Source: Gammaproteobacteria bacterium
GTDB taxonomy: Bacteria > Pseudomonadota > Gammaproteobacteria > Steroidobacterales > JABDLF01
DNA length: 64,000 nucleotides
Direction of reading: 5' to 3'
NCBI GenBank assembly: GCA_013003115.1
Contig: JABDLF010000058.1
Span: 3,716 to 67,715, forward strand
Shown: positions 1-9,949 of the stretch, piece after piece
How the letters are laid out: every line of letters begins with the position of its first letter
How positions within the stretch are numbered: position 1 is the first letter of the stretch
Notes under the pieces: generated by a model
The model's database searches: none
What the model was told of the DNA's origin: nothing
What the model saw: only the letters and a program-made list of their open reading frames with translations
Translations under genes and position numbers: made by a program

Positions 1-1591
1 TGTTTACCGAATTGACGATTGCCGTCTGGTTTACCCGCACCATGATCTCGTCGCCGAGCACCTCGACGGCATTGCCCAGCCAGACCGGCTTGTCCTCGCT
101 GCTTTGCGCGTCGCGCCACCCCGGCGCTTCCCTGTCGAGCAGCTCCGCCGCTTCGATCGGCTCCCCGAAAGCCAGCTGCACGGTGCCGAACTCGCTCCTG
201 AGTATTTTGATTGAGCGCAGGAAATCCAGCCAGTTTTCCTTGCGTTTCGCCCGGCCGCTGAGCTCGCCAATATAACTTTGGCCTTCTACAAGTTTGTCGT
301 AACCGATATACACCGGCACAAAGGCAAGCGGACGATCAGCATTACCTGCGAAACTCCGGAGCGTCATCGCCAACATGCCGGGCTTCGGCCTGAGCAGCCG
401 GCCAGTCCGCGACCGCCCTCCTTCAATGAAATATTCGATAGACACGCCTTTCGCGAGATTAGCGCGCAGGTACTCGTGAAAAACAGCGGCGTATAGCTTG
501 TTCCCCCGGAAGCTGCGGCGCAAAAAAAACGCACCACCACGTCTCAGCACCCCGCCGAGGATTGGCAGATTCAGGTTCAGCCCGGCGGCAATATGAGGCG
601 GCACCAGGCCATGCTGATAAACCACAAAGGACAGCAGCAGGTAGTCGATATGACTGCGGTGACAGGGCGTGTAGATGATCGTGTGCGTGCGTGACAGCGC
701 CAGCAGTCCGTCAATATTGTGTACTGCGATACCGTCATAGAGCCGATTCCAGATCCAGGAGAGGATCTTCTCGGCAAAGCGCACGAAACCAGGCGAATAA
801 TCGGCCGCGATTTCCAGCGCATATTTTCGCGCCTCGGCTACTACCTCTGCGTCCTGGACCTTTCGTGCCCGCGCCTCGCGCACGATTTGGCGGCTTACGG
901 GGGGAGCTTTGAGCAACTGACCGATAAGCGTATTGCGGTGCGACAGGTCGGGGCCAATGGTCGCGGTGCGCACGCCCTTGAAATGCACACGAAGCAAGCG
1001 AGCCAGCCTGCGCGCGGCAGTGGTTTTTTCCGTCTCTTCTCCCAGGCTTTCGCGCACGGGCAGCGGCTTGCCGACCTGCACAAGGACCGTGCGACCGTGC
1101 AGGAAAATTGTGAGTAGTTTTCGGAGCCTCCCCTTCGGCTTCCAGCGCTCGGCAAAAAGCGCCTTGAAAACCGAGGTTTCCTTTTCAGGCGAGCGCCCCC
1201 AGAAAATTGAGACCGGCACGAGTTGAACGTCCACCGCTTCGTCATCAACCACCGCATCCGCGATGTTGCGGAGCAGGTCGGGTACCTGCTGCTCGACCCG
1301 CTTCGGCAGCCAGCCGCGCATGCGCGCCGTCGCGAACACCGAACGCGGCGCCGTGAAATCGCCGATCTGAAGTTCTGCGGCGGGCCGATGTAAATCCGCG
1401 TTGCGCATTTCGCGCTCAAGAACGAGCAGGTCGGCAAGGGATCTCATCTCCAGCACGTAGCAGACCGGAAGATTCTGATCAATCTGCAGCGAATCCAGGT
1501 CCTCAGGAAGCAAACGCGGCCGCACCCAGATATTTAACAGGCGTCGCGTGAGGCCAAGGCCCAGCCGGTCGAGACCGAGGTAACGGTTCAT
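1..1591 (-). CDS. plsB: Glycerol-3-phosphate 1-O-acyltransferase PlsB (3' end runs off the window; absent from the ORF track)
   Basis: Manual translation from ATG at 1591 (MNRYLGLDRLG...) contains CHRSHIDY (HxxxxD), HIAAGLNLN, GAFFLRR and YFIEGGRSRTG acyltransferase blocks. Confidence 0.93.
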   Translation of the reverse strand, partial: MNRYLGLDRLGLGLTRRLLNIWVRPRLLPEDLDSLQIDQNLPVCYVLEMRSLADLLVLEREMRNADLHRPAAELQIGDFTAPRSVFATARMRGWLPKRVEQQVPDLLRNIADAVVDDEAVDVQLVPVSIFWGRSPEKETSVFKALFAERWKPKGRLRKLLTIFLHGRTVLVQVGKPLPVRESLGEETEKTTAARRLARLLRVHFKGVRTATIGPDLSHRNTLIGQLLKAPPVSRQIVREARARKVQDAEVVAEARKYALEIAADYSPGFVRFAEKILSWIWNRLYDGIAVHNIDGLLALSRTHTIIYTPCHRSHIDYLLLSFVVYQHGLVPPHIAAGLNLNLPILGGVLRRGGAFFLRRSFRGNKLYAAVFHEYLRANLAKGVSIEYFIEGGRSRTGRLLRPKPGMLAMTLRSFAGNADRPLAFVPVYIGYDKLVEGQSYIGELSGRAKRKENWLDFLRSIKILRSEFGTVQLAFGEPIEAAELLDREAPGWRDAQSSEDKPVWLGNAVEVLGDEIMVRVNQTAIVNSVN

Positions 1592-1592
1592 C

Positions 1593-1937
1593 CTAGTCTG
1601 GCCCCCAAAGTTGCTCGTCCAGGCTGGTCTGCCATCCAAATCGAACCAGGTCGACACGTCCGGTTGCTGCGTTTACGCCTTCCTCGGCCAGCTTCGCAAC
1701 CTGTCGCTCGAAGCCCCGGCTGCCTGCGGGAAACGCCAGGCTGCCGTCAGCGCGCAAAACCCTGTGCCACGGCAGCTCATCGCGCCCGGTCAGTTCCCCA
1801 AGCAGCCTGCCCACCAGCCTTGCGCGGCCCGGCAGACCGGCCACCTCGGCAACTCTGCCATAGGGACAGACCCGCCCCTTCGGGATTTCAGCCACCGCTT
1901 TCATTATGGCCGTCGCATATGATTTGCGAACCGGCAT
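1593..1937 (-). CDS. Alkyltransferase-like protein (ATL, YbaZ/Atl1 type; MGMT family)
   Basis: IPKGRV..YG..A, ARLVG and PWHRV (Trp in place of the catalytic Cys of PCHRV). Confidence 0.9.
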   Translation of the reverse strand: MPVRKSYATAIMKAVAEIPKGRVCPYGRVAEVAGLPGRARLVGRLLGELTGRDELPWHRVLRADGSLAFPAGSRGFERQVAKLAEEGVNAATGRVDLVRFGWQTSLDEQLWGPD

Positions 1938-1957
1938 TTTTCAGTGCGTCCCGCCGC

Positions 1958-3952
1958 CTACCAGTGTATGCCCTTGGTAAACTGCGCCAGCGCAATTTGC
2001 TCCGGCGACGGCTTGTGCACGATTTCACCCTTACCGGACTTGTCACCCTTGGCTGCGGACGAGTCGCCGAACATCTGAAATGCCGTATTCATTCCAACTT
2101 CGGTCAGCTTTGGCGCAAGCAGATGCAGGATCTGAGCGGTTACACCAAGGCGCGTTGCTATCCTGACAGGGCGATGAATTATCGCATCGGCTACCATGTC
2201 CGCCGCCTCGTCCGAACTGATAGTAGGCACATTTTCATAAATCTTGGTCGGCGCGATCATTGGTGTTCGAACCAAAGGCATGTTTATCGTTGTAAACCGC
2301 ACGTTGCGATCAGAAAACTCAGATCCCGCACACCTCGTAAAAGCATCAAGCGCCGACTTCGAGGCCACGTAGGCCGAAAATCGCGGCGCATTACTCAACA
2401 CACCGATGGATGAGATATTAATGACATGTCCGCGCTTGCGCTCTGCCATACCCGGCAGGAAGCCAAGTATCATACGCAGGGCACCGTAGTAGTTGAGCTG
2501 CATGGTGCGCTCAAAGTCATGGAAGCGATCAAAAGAGCTGGCGATGCTCCGGCGAATCGAGCGCCCCGCATTGTTCACAAGGATATCGACGCCACCAAAA
2601 TCTCCTATCACATCCACTACGAGTTGCTCGCAGGAGTCGGCGTCTGACAAATCTGCGGCATACATGCTGACATCCCCACCCGCATTGCGGATAAGCTCAG
2701 CCGTTTCGGCAAGCTTTTCCTCTCCACGCGCTACGATGATCACCCGCGCACCCGCCTCTCCCATACGCACCGCTGTGGCCTGACCGATACCCGAGGACGC
2801 GCCCGTAACGAGCACAACCTTGCCCGCAACGCGCCCGGAGAGCGTCCTGTCCAGGAAGAGATCCGGGTCCATGTGGCGCTCCCAGTAGTCCCAGAGCTTC
2901 CAGGCATAGTCCTCCAGATCCGGGACTCTGATATCACTGTCTGCAAGCGCGGCCTCAGTTTCGCGGCTGTCGAAACGGGTCGGATAGTTGATAAAGCTGA
3001 GCATATCGGCAGGCAGGTGCAGGTCTTCGAGCAGGGACTTGAGCATGCGTCGCACAGGCGCAACGGAGCCGATTCCCTTCCAGACGTACGACGGTATAAA
3101 TCCGAACATGCGCGCGTTGACCCGCATGGTCATCTCAGGCGCATGCGCAGCGCGAGCAAAGATGTTCAGCACGTCGCCAATTCGCCGCGCGCTGGGATCC
3201 GTCAGGTGGAAACACTTGCCATCGAGATCAGGCTTGTGGGCGATGTGATCCAGCGCTGCCGCAACGAAGTCGACCGGCACAATGTTGATACGCCCGCCTT
3301 CAACGCCGATCGTCGGCATCCAGCGTGGCAGCGTGCGGCGCAGCTTCTGAATGCCTTTGAAGAAGTAATAGGGACCATCGATCTTGTCCATCACTCCGGT
3401 TTCAGAATCGCCAACCACCACGCCCGGGCGATAAATTCTCCACGCCCGCCCGTAATTCTTTCTGACCAAAGCCTCCGATTCGTGTTTCGTCCTGAAGTAA
3501 GGGTGGCTGAGACCCTCCGCCTCTTCAAACATGTCCTCGCGAAAAACGCCGTTGTAAGTCCCGGCGGCAGCGATCGAACTCACCATGTGCAGAGTGCCGG
3601 CCTCAATGTCCTCTGCGAAACCGAGAACGGAGCTGGTGCCGTGAATGTTTACCTGCTCCTGAATGTCGGCCGGGGCGCCAAGATCATAAATTGCAGCCAG
3701 GTGAAAAAAGTGGTCGATGTTGCCTTTTATTTTCTTTCTGTCGGCCGCGCTGACACCCAGGTTGTCTGCGGTGAGATCGCCATCGATTGCGACAAGCCTG
3801 TCGCCTGGATCATCCATGCCGCGACGTAATTCTTCAAAACGATCGGCGCTTTCTTTTCTTGCCAGCACATAGACTGTTCCGCCACGCGCCAGGAGTTTGG
3901 CAACGAGTCTCTTGCCGATGAAACCGGTACCGCCGGTAACAAAGTAATTCAT
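1958..3952 (-). CDS. Two-domain SDR, fatty acyl-CoA reductase (extended SDR plus Acr1-like classical SDR)
   Basis: N-terminal YFVTGGTGFIG and HLAAIYD; second domain VTGASSGIG, NNAGRSIRR, YVASK; start moved to ATG 3952. Confidence 0.85.
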   Translation of the reverse strand: MNYFVTGGTGFIGKRLVAKLLARGGTVYVLARKESADRFEELRRGMDDPGDRLVAIDGDLTADNLGVSAADRKKIKGNIDHFFHLAAIYDLGAPADIQEQVNIHGTSSVLGFAEDIEAGTLHMVSSIAAAGTYNGVFREDMFEEAEGLSHPYFRTKHESEALVRKNYGRAWRIYRPGVVVGDSETGVMDKIDGPYYFFKGIQKLRRTLPRWMPTIGVEGGRINIVPVDFVAAALDHIAHKPDLDGKCFHLTDPSARRIGDVLNIFARAAHAPEMTMRVNARMFGFIPSYVWKGIGSVAPVRRMLKSLLEDLHLPADMLSFINYPTRFDSRETEAALADSDIRVPDLEDYAWKLWDYWERHMDPDLFLDRTLSGRVAGKVVLVTGASSGIGQATAVRMGEAGARVIIVARGEEKLAETAELIRNAGGDVSMYAADLSDADSCEQLVVDVIGDFGGVDILVNNAGRSIRRSIASSFDRFHDFERTMQLNYYGALRMILGFLPGMAERKRGHVINISSIGVLSNAPRFSAYVASKSALDAFTRCAGSEFSDRNVRFTTINMPLVRTPMIAPTKIYENVPTISSDEAADMVADAIIHRPVRIATRLGVTAQILHLLAPKLTEVGMNTAFQMFGDSSAAKGDKSGKGEIVHKPSPEQIALAQFTKGIHW

Positions 3953-4061
3953 GATCAGATTCCCAGTTACTTGTTGTGGCCGCACCCGGTCGGCGGCAGT
4001 TCATTGCGGGAACGCGTCAGTATACGCCATGCGTAAGGCAAATTTCATCGCTAACGAGCTG

Positions 4062-4373
4062 CTATTCCGGCAGCCGAAGGCGCCCGGTCAGGATCTGGGC
4101 AAACATGAGAAAATCGCCGAGCAGGCTGTAAAACGGATGTGTGAAGGTGGCCGGTCGGTTTTTTTCGAAGATCAGGTGACCAAGCCAGGCAAAGCCATAT
4201 CCCACCACCGGCAGGAGCCAGAGCAGCTCCCAGCGCCGGCTTGCCAGGGCCAGCAGCAAAGTAAATATCGACAGGGCCGTCCCGACAAAATGCAGCCGGC
4301 GGCAGTTAGGGTGCTTATGCTGCGAAAGGTAAAACGGGTAGAACTCGCTAAAGTTTCTGAATCGCCTCGACAA
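4062..4373 (-). CDS. DUF962/Mpo1-like small membrane protein
   Basis: FYPFYLSQH, RRLHFVG, GYGFAWLGH..FEKNRPATF. Confidence 0.85.
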   Translation of the reverse strand: MSRRFRNFSEFYPFYLSQHKHPNCRRLHFVGTALSIFTLLLALASRRWELLWLLPVVGYGFAWLGHLIFEKNRPATFTHPFYSLLGDFLMFAQILTGRLRLPE

Positions 4374-4385
4374 GTCCCGCCCTCC

Positions 4386-5141
4386 TCAAGGCCCGGAAGT
4401 CACCTTGTAATTCCCGCGGCTCTTGTCATAGTCGAGCTCAAGCAACTTGTTTGCTGCGGCCTCCTTCAGCATCTCTGAGAAGCTTCGATAACCGTAGTAG
4501 GTTTCATCAAAACCGGGATGGACGCGACGCAGCGTCTGCTTTACCAGGGAGCCCCAGACCGGATCGTAGTCGGCCTCCAGAGAATTCACGATGCCTAGCA
4601 GCATCTCCATGGCCTCATCTTTCTTGGTTTTCCTGGCCCCTTTCTTGCCGGACGGGCGGGCCTTCTTGCGAGCCTTGCGAATCAGGTCATCGTAATAAAT
4701 AAACTCGTCACAGTTGGCAATGAGTAAATCCGATGTCGAACTCTTGACACCGCAACCGACTACCCGCTTGTTGTTTTCCTTGAGCTTCGAGACCAGCGGC
4801 GAGAAATCGCTGTCGCCGGAAACGAGCACAAAAATATCTATGTGATTCTTTGCGTAGCAAAGATCCAGCGCATCTACCACCATGCGAATATCTGCGCTGT
4901 TCTTACCACTCACGCGCGTCTGCGGAATGTCGATCATCTCCACGCCGTGACGATGAAACTCCTGCACTGCCGGGCGGTAGTTGCTCCAGTCGCAGTAAGC
5001 ACGCTTGAACACCAGCCGGCCTTTCTCCAGAAGTCGCTTTAAGACAAGGTCGATGCGGAACCTGTCTTCCTTCATGTCGCGCGCGCCGAGGGCCAGATTC
5101 TCGAAGTCTATGAAAACGGCAATCAGCGGTTCGTTGGACAT
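4386..5141 (-). CDS. NYN (LabA/DUF88, PIN-like) domain protein with C-terminal OST-HTH/LOTUS domain
   Basis: FIDFEN, GKNSADIRMVVD, SGDSDF, CDEFIYYD; C-terminal PGFDETYYGYRSFSEML. Confidence 0.9.
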   Translation of the reverse strand: MSNEPLIAVFIDFENLALGARDMKEDRFRIDLVLKRLLEKGRLVFKRAYCDWSNYRPAVQEFHRHGVEMIDIPQTRVSGKNSADIRMVVDALDLCYAKNHIDIFVLVSGDSDFSPLVSKLKENNKRVVGCGVKSSTSDLLIANCDEFIYYDDLIRKARKKARPSGKKGARKTKKDEAMEMLLGIVNSLEADYDPVWGSLVKQTLRRVHPGFDETYYGYRSFSEMLKEAAANKLLELDYDKSRGNYKVTSGP

Positions 5142-5171
5142 GATTTTACTCTGCTTGCCCGCTGCGAATGC

Positions 5172-6752
5172 TCAGGCGAGCGCTTCGTAGTCAGCAAGGC
5201 TGGCTTCGGCGTAGGAGTCCGAATGGGTGACGGGCTTAACGGGCTGGCTTATGTTGATAACGAGAAAATCGGAGGGTCGCTCATGGGCGAGCCCTACGAC
5301 CACGTTGACCCGGCCTTTGCGCCGGTCTTCCTCTGTCGTCGTCTCGCGATCACACTTCACAAACCAGGCTTGCCCCGAATTAAATTCCCCGAACGCGCCG
5401 AGGGCCTGACAGCGCAACAGAAACTCCTCCACCTTGCCCTGCAGGCGGCCCCACAGTGCCGCGTCGTTTTTTTCAAAGGCTGCCCAGCCGGTCCCCTCTC
5501 GCACGCTGTCGATGACAAGGAGCGCAAATCGACGGTTCGAGAGACTGCGCCATTCCGCCGCGGGGCAGTCAGCCCCTGCAAGCGTGCGGTCTCCCTCCAG
5601 TACGCGAATACTGCGGCCATGTGAGCGCAGGCAATTTATTCCGCTTTTGATCAGACTCTCGCACTCGTAGTCATCTACCTCGTCCGCAAATCTCCTGACG
5701 CCGCGCAGCGGCACATGAACACTGCCTGGACCGCGCCAGGGCCCCGCGTCCAGATCGCACCTGGCGAGCAAGCCGGCAACCGTGCCGCAGGGCGCAAACT
5801 CCGAACGCCCTCCCTGCAACTCGTCATCCATGATCAGCCGGGGATAAAAAATCGCCGTATTCTCGTTACTCATGCCAAGGTCGCCGAGACCCGCAATCGC
5901 GTCGTCGGGCGAGCGCCAGATGCTGGGTGGATCAGCAATGTAAATCGCCTTGTGCCTGCGACAGAATTCCGCCGCAAAATGCATCGCAGCAAAACCGAGA
6001 TCGTGATTGCGCGAAAGCGGCGGCAGGCAAAGAAGATTAAACTGCGGGCCACCGATCAGAGCGTGCAGACCTGACTGCTCGCGCTCGGAGCCGATAATAT
6101 CGTTGTCGCTCAGTGGCCTGCCGTCGTCGCCATCGCCCGCAGCCACCACGTAGCCACCGTCGACTCCCGATCCAAGATTATGCGTGCTGTCGGGACGCGC
6201 TCTTGGCACACCATCGCGAACTCTCACAAGCATGGAGTCGTACAGCACATCGGTGATAAAGCGCTCTGAATCGGCGCGCGTCGATACCCGCGGGAAGATC
6301 TCCTGGTCTTCGACGATGGCTGAGTCAATACCGCGCACGCGCTGTATGGTCAGGTTAAAACGGGTCGAAGAGTCAGGGATATTGTCGTAGTCCACGGCCG
6401 CACGCAGGAAGACGCCGCTGCCGGGATGCAGGGCTGCAAGCACAAGATAATCACTGCCTGCAGGAAGACGCAGAGTGTTGTGACGCCCGCCGTTGATGGC
6501 GCGAACAATAACTGCCTGCTGGCCACCGTTGAGGAAAAAGTGGCGAACCGCGTAGCTCATGGTGCTCGGCATCCACAGCCCGCCGAACACACGTTCAAAC
6601 TGATCGAAGTTCTGGATGGCGACGGGAAAATTCGCCGGGCCGCGACGGGCGCGCCCGACAAACGCCGTCACAGAAGTGGGCGCCATGGGGATCGACTCGG
6701 CCTCGCCGGCCCCGACCGCCACGTATATGCCGGTATCCTCCAGTTCGGACAC
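5172..6752 (-). CDS. Contractile phage tail sheath family protein (solitary)
   Basis: TAFVGRARRGP, FERVFGGL, YAVRHFFLNGG, INCLR, RTL, WAAFEKND..LW, FVKCDRETTT; GTG start at 6752 after GGAGGAG. Confidence 0.85.
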   Translation of the reverse strand: MSELEDTGIYVAVGAGEAESIPMAPTSVTAFVGRARRGPANFPVAIQNFDQFERVFGGLWMPSTMSYAVRHFFLNGGQQAVIVRAINGGRHNTLRLPAGSDYLVLAALHPGSGVFLRAAVDYDNIPDSSTRFNLTIQRVRGIDSAIVEDQEIFPRVSTRADSERFITDVLYDSMLVRVRDGVPRARPDSTHNLGSGVDGGYVVAAGDGDDGRPLSDNDIIGSEREQSGLHALIGGPQFNLLCLPPLSRNHDLGFAAMHFAAEFCRRHKAIYIADPPSIWRSPDDAIAGLGDLGMSNENTAIFYPRLIMDDELQGGRSEFAPCGTVAGLLARCDLDAGPWRGPGSVHVPLRGVRRFADEVDDYECESLIKSGINCLRSHGRSIRVLEGDRTLAGADCPAAEWRSLSNRRFALLVIDSVREGTGWAAFEKNDAALWGRLQGKVEEFLLRCQALGAFGEFNSGQAWFVKCDRETTTEEDRRKGRVNVVVGLAHERPSDFLVINISQPVKPVTHSDSYAEASLADYEALA

Positions 6753-6886
6753 AGCTCCTCCGCTTTTGCCCACTGGGGCGAACCGTGACAGTTTAAACCG
6801 AAAGCCGCGTCGGTACGAGCCTTGATGTGAATAAATACGGTTACAATCATCGTGCGGCCTCGCCGCGACCAGTCGGAGTTTGCGAC

Positions 6887-7507
6887 ATGCGCGAAAAACA
6901 TTTCATCGATTCTCATAAAGGTGCCACTGGAATTTTCATCCTTGGTTTGATCGCCTGGCATGATGCATGGGCCAATCCGACGGCGATGGTTTACCTCGCT
7001 TTGCACGGCAGCTACGGGATTTTCTGGCTCATCAAGAGCCGGGTATTCCCGGACAAGTCGTGGGAAAAGCAGGCGCCGCTCTGGTGGGGTGTCAGCATCT
7101 GGGCCGGCCTGAGCCTCTACTGGATAGCGCCATGGCTCATCGTAAGCGGAGACATTCGTGCACCGGCGTGGCTAAGCGCCGCCGCCGTCGCAGCATTTGC
7201 ATTTGGCGTGTTCCTGCATTTTTCGGCGGACATGCAAAAGCACGTTACGCTGAGCCTGCGGCCAGGTAAGCTCATGACGGATGGTCTCTGGTCGCGTATT
7301 CGCAACCCGAATTACTTCGGCGAGCTGCTGATTTATGCGTCTTTCGCCGCGCTGGCGATGCACTGGCTGCCGGCGCTCGTGCTGGCACTGTTTGTTCTGG
7401 CCTACTGGATGCCAAACATGCGACGCAAAGACAGATCGCTGTCCCGCTACGAGGGGTTTGCTGACTATCGGTCACGCAGCTGGCTGTTCGTTCCTTTCTT
7501 AATCTGA
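6887..7507 (+). CDS. DUF1295 / steroid 5-alpha reductase-like membrane protein
   Basis: ADMQK, TDGLWSRIRNPNYFGELLIY and several TM segments; ATG 6887 with GGAG. Confidence 0.8.
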   Translation: MREKHFIDSHKGATGIFILGLIAWHDAWANPTAMVYLALHGSYGIFWLIKSRVFPDKSWEKQAPLWWGVSIWAGLSLYWIAPWLIVSGDIRAPAWLSAAAVAAFAFGVFLHFSADMQKHVTLSLRPGKLMTDGLWSRIRNPNYFGELLIYASFAALAMHWLPALVLALFVLAYWMPNMRRKDRSLSRYEGFADYRSRSWLFVPFLI

Positions 7508-7520
7508 GATCCGTGCCCCA

Positions 7521-8429
7521 ATGAGCAGCACCAAACTCGAAAAACTTGCAGCACAGCTGGAAGCCAGCGACGCCTACCGTGTCCTCAGACGACTGGTCGA
7601 CGTGCCAGCCTATAACGAGCCGGACCCGGAACTTCGGGCCAGTGGCCGATTGCGATCGGGCGTTTACATAGACGTGGAAACCACGGGGCTCGACTCCTCC
7701 ACCGATCAGGTAATTGAACTTGCCTTGCTGCCGTTCGAGTTTTCGCTGGATGGTCAGATCTTCGCGGTGCACTCCGGCTATGGCGGGCTGCGAGACCCGG
7801 GCATTCCGATCCCGGCCGAGATCACGCAGCTGACCGGCATCGACGACGCCATGGTCAAAGGGCAACAACTGGACAACGGCAAAATCGAGGCCGTGATCGA
7901 GCCGGCTCACCTTGTAGTCGCGCACAACGCGGCTTTCGATCGGCCATTCGCGGAGCAGCTCCATCCGCTGTTCGAAACCAAAGCCTGGGCGTGCTCAATA
8001 AATGACGTCCCCTGGCGAGAAGAAGGCCTGGGCGTCGCGAAGCTGGACTATCTCGCCTGTCAATTCGGCTTTTTTTATGATGCCCACCGTGCCGGCGATG
8101 ACTGCCGCGCCGGCGTACATCTGCTCAGCAAAACGTTGCCGACGAGTGGCCGACTGGTACTCGCCGAACTCCTCGACAGGGCGCGCCGCAAGACCATCAG
8201 GATCTGGGCGCTTGGCAGCCCCTTCGATAGCAAGGACAAACTCCGGGAACGAAAATATCGCTGGAATGGCGGCGAAGACGGCCGGCCAAAATCCTGGTAT
8301 CGCGATATTGACGAAAGCGAATTCGACAAGGAGCTCGAGTATCTCAAGTCAGAAATCTTCTCGGGTCACCTTCCCGATCTCCCAACCGATACGATCAACG
8401 CCTTCAATCGTTATTCCTCGCGGGCGTAG
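7521..8429 (+). CDS. DEDDh 3'-5' exonuclease (DNA polymerase III epsilon-like)
   Basis: DVETTG, AHNAAFD, HRAGDD. Confidence 0.88.
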   Translation: MSSTKLEKLAAQLEASDAYRVLRRLVDVPAYNEPDPELRASGRLRSGVYIDVETTGLDSSTDQVIELALLPFEFSLDGQIFAVHSGYGGLRDPGIPIPAEITQLTGIDDAMVKGQQLDNGKIEAVIEPAHLVVAHNAAFDRPFAEQLHPLFETKAWACSINDVPWREEGLGVAKLDYLACQFGFFYDAHRAGDDCRAGVHLLSKTLPTSGRLVLAELLDRARRKTIRIWALGSPFDSKDKLRERKYRWNGGEDGRPKSWYRDIDESEFDKELEYLKSEIFSGHLPDLPTDTINAFNRYSSRA

Positions 8430-9829
8430 CGCGAGCCAAACCAGGCGATCAGCAATGCAAGCAGCAACGGCAGCAGCCGCTCACTGATATCGCCAGGCGT
8501 GTCGGGACGTGAATGCAGCAGCACGGTGAGACCGAAACCTGTCACCAGGCAGGCGAGGATCGCGCCGCTGTTGACCACGCGCCCCATGATTTTCATAAGC
8601 ACCAGCGGGCCGAACGCCGAACCAACAGCGTGCCAGGCAAACAGAACACGACTGAAGATCCGGTCGGGCGCATAAATCGCCAGCAGCACGGCAAGACCGC
8701 AGACGCCACCCACCACCCAGCGCGAAGTTGCGAGCCTCGGCAAGACTCCCCGCCTGAGCTTACCCAAATCATGTGCGACCGATGACGCCGCTACCAGCAG
8801 CTGGCTGTCTGCCGTCGACATGATGGCCGACAGTACGGCCGCAATCATGATGCCAGCGAGCACCGGCGGCATGAGCGTGTTGGCGGCAACATACAGCACC
8901 TGCTCGCCTGAGCCGGCGAACTCAAAAGTCAGGACACGGGCGCAGAGGCCAAGCAGCAGCATGCCAGCATAAACCACGATCGCCCAACCCACGGCAATCA
9001 TTCTTGCCTGTCGCAAAGCCGCCTGATCGCGCAGAGCCATAAACCGGTTTACAACATGTGGCTGACCGGGGTAACCAAGACCGATTCCCAGCGTGCCTGC
9101 AATAAAACCGAAACCGGCGATTCCTGCGTGCACGCCCGTCGCGCTGAGTTCGTGCGGCAGGCTGACCAGTGTAAGGCCCGCCGCAAGCCCGGAAAATCCG
9201 CCGGCAGCGATCAGCGCAGTCACGGGCAACACGACGGCGGTCAGCGCCATAAGCAGCCCCTGAACCGTATCGGTTACGCTCACGGCCCAGAACCCGCCAA
9301 GCAGCGTATAGAACAGAATGATCACCGCGCCCACCACGATCGCGGTGGTCGTCGACATCCCGAATGTGCTCGCAAAGGCATCGCCGGCCGCCTGGAACTG
9401 CGCCGCGATATAGAAAATAAACGAAAACAGGATGATGATGCTGGCCACCCGCACAATGAGCGGATAAAGCGCGTTTGAGCGTTCTCCGCTGATGGCGTCC
9501 GTCAAAGTCACGTAGCCGTTGGCACGGCTAAGGCGCATCAGCCCCGGTGCGATCAGGAACCAGTTAATAAGAAACCCGGATACCGTTGCCGGGAACAACC
9601 ACAGTGCCGGCAGACCAAGCGCATAGGCAGCGCCACTGACGCCCAGCAGCGTCCACGCGGACGATGAGCTCGCCGACGCACTTATTCCGGCAACCAGCGG
9701 GCCTATGCGCCGGCCGCCGAGAAAAAAGTCATCATTGTCCAGCGTTCGACGGCTTGCCCACAGACCAATAATCACCAGCAAAATCTTGTAGGCGATCAGG
9801 GTGAGCAGGATTGCCAGCGTCTTGTCCAT
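8411..9829 (-). CDS. putP: Sodium/proline symporter (SSS family)
   Basis: DFFLGGR, SSSAWTLLG, YTLLGGFWAVSVTD, LGYPGQPH..RFMA, SAIMSTADSQLL. Confidence 0.85.
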   Translation of the reverse strand: MDKTLAILLTLIAYKILLVIIGLWASRRTLDNDDFFLGGRRIGPLVAGISASASSSSAWTLLGVSGAAYALGLPALWLFPATVSGFLINWFLIAPGLMRLSRANGYVTLTDAISGERSNALYPLIVRVASIIILFSFIFYIAAQFQAAGDAFASTFGMSTTTAIVVGAVIILFYTLLGGFWAVSVTDTVQGLLMALTAVVLPVTALIAAGGFSGLAAGLTLVSLPHELSATGVHAGIAGFGFIAGTLGIGLGYPGQPHVVNRFMALRDQAALRQARMIAVGWAIVVYAGMLLLGLCARVLTFEFAGSGEQVLYVAANTLMPPVLAGIMIAAVLSAIMSTADSQLLVAASSVAHDLGKLRRGVLPRLATSRWVVGGVCGLAVLLAIYAPDRIFSRVLFAWHAVGSAFGPLVLMKIMGRVVNSGAILACLVTGFGLTVLLHSRPDTPGDISERLLPLLLALLIAWFGSRYAREE

Positions 9830-9949
9830 TATTTTTCCAGGCGGCTTTTGCTTGTGCGCCCAACGCTAACACAGGCGTACGGCAACCCCGCGCGTGGAGC
9901 GCTGCGTTACACTGCGGTTCCGGCAATCTGTCGGCTATGCGACTCGAGT

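Noticed and set aside
2873-3829. Long antisense ORFs (also 12476-13252, 50380-51042, 57471-58514 and many shorter)
   Set aside because: They lie opposite well-supported genes, lack motifs, and are expected shadows in high-GC coding DNA
5172-6773. Prophage, tailocin or T6SS locus
   Set aside because: Only the sheath gene is present; flanks are housekeeping genes and I saw no att site, integrase or obvious composition shift
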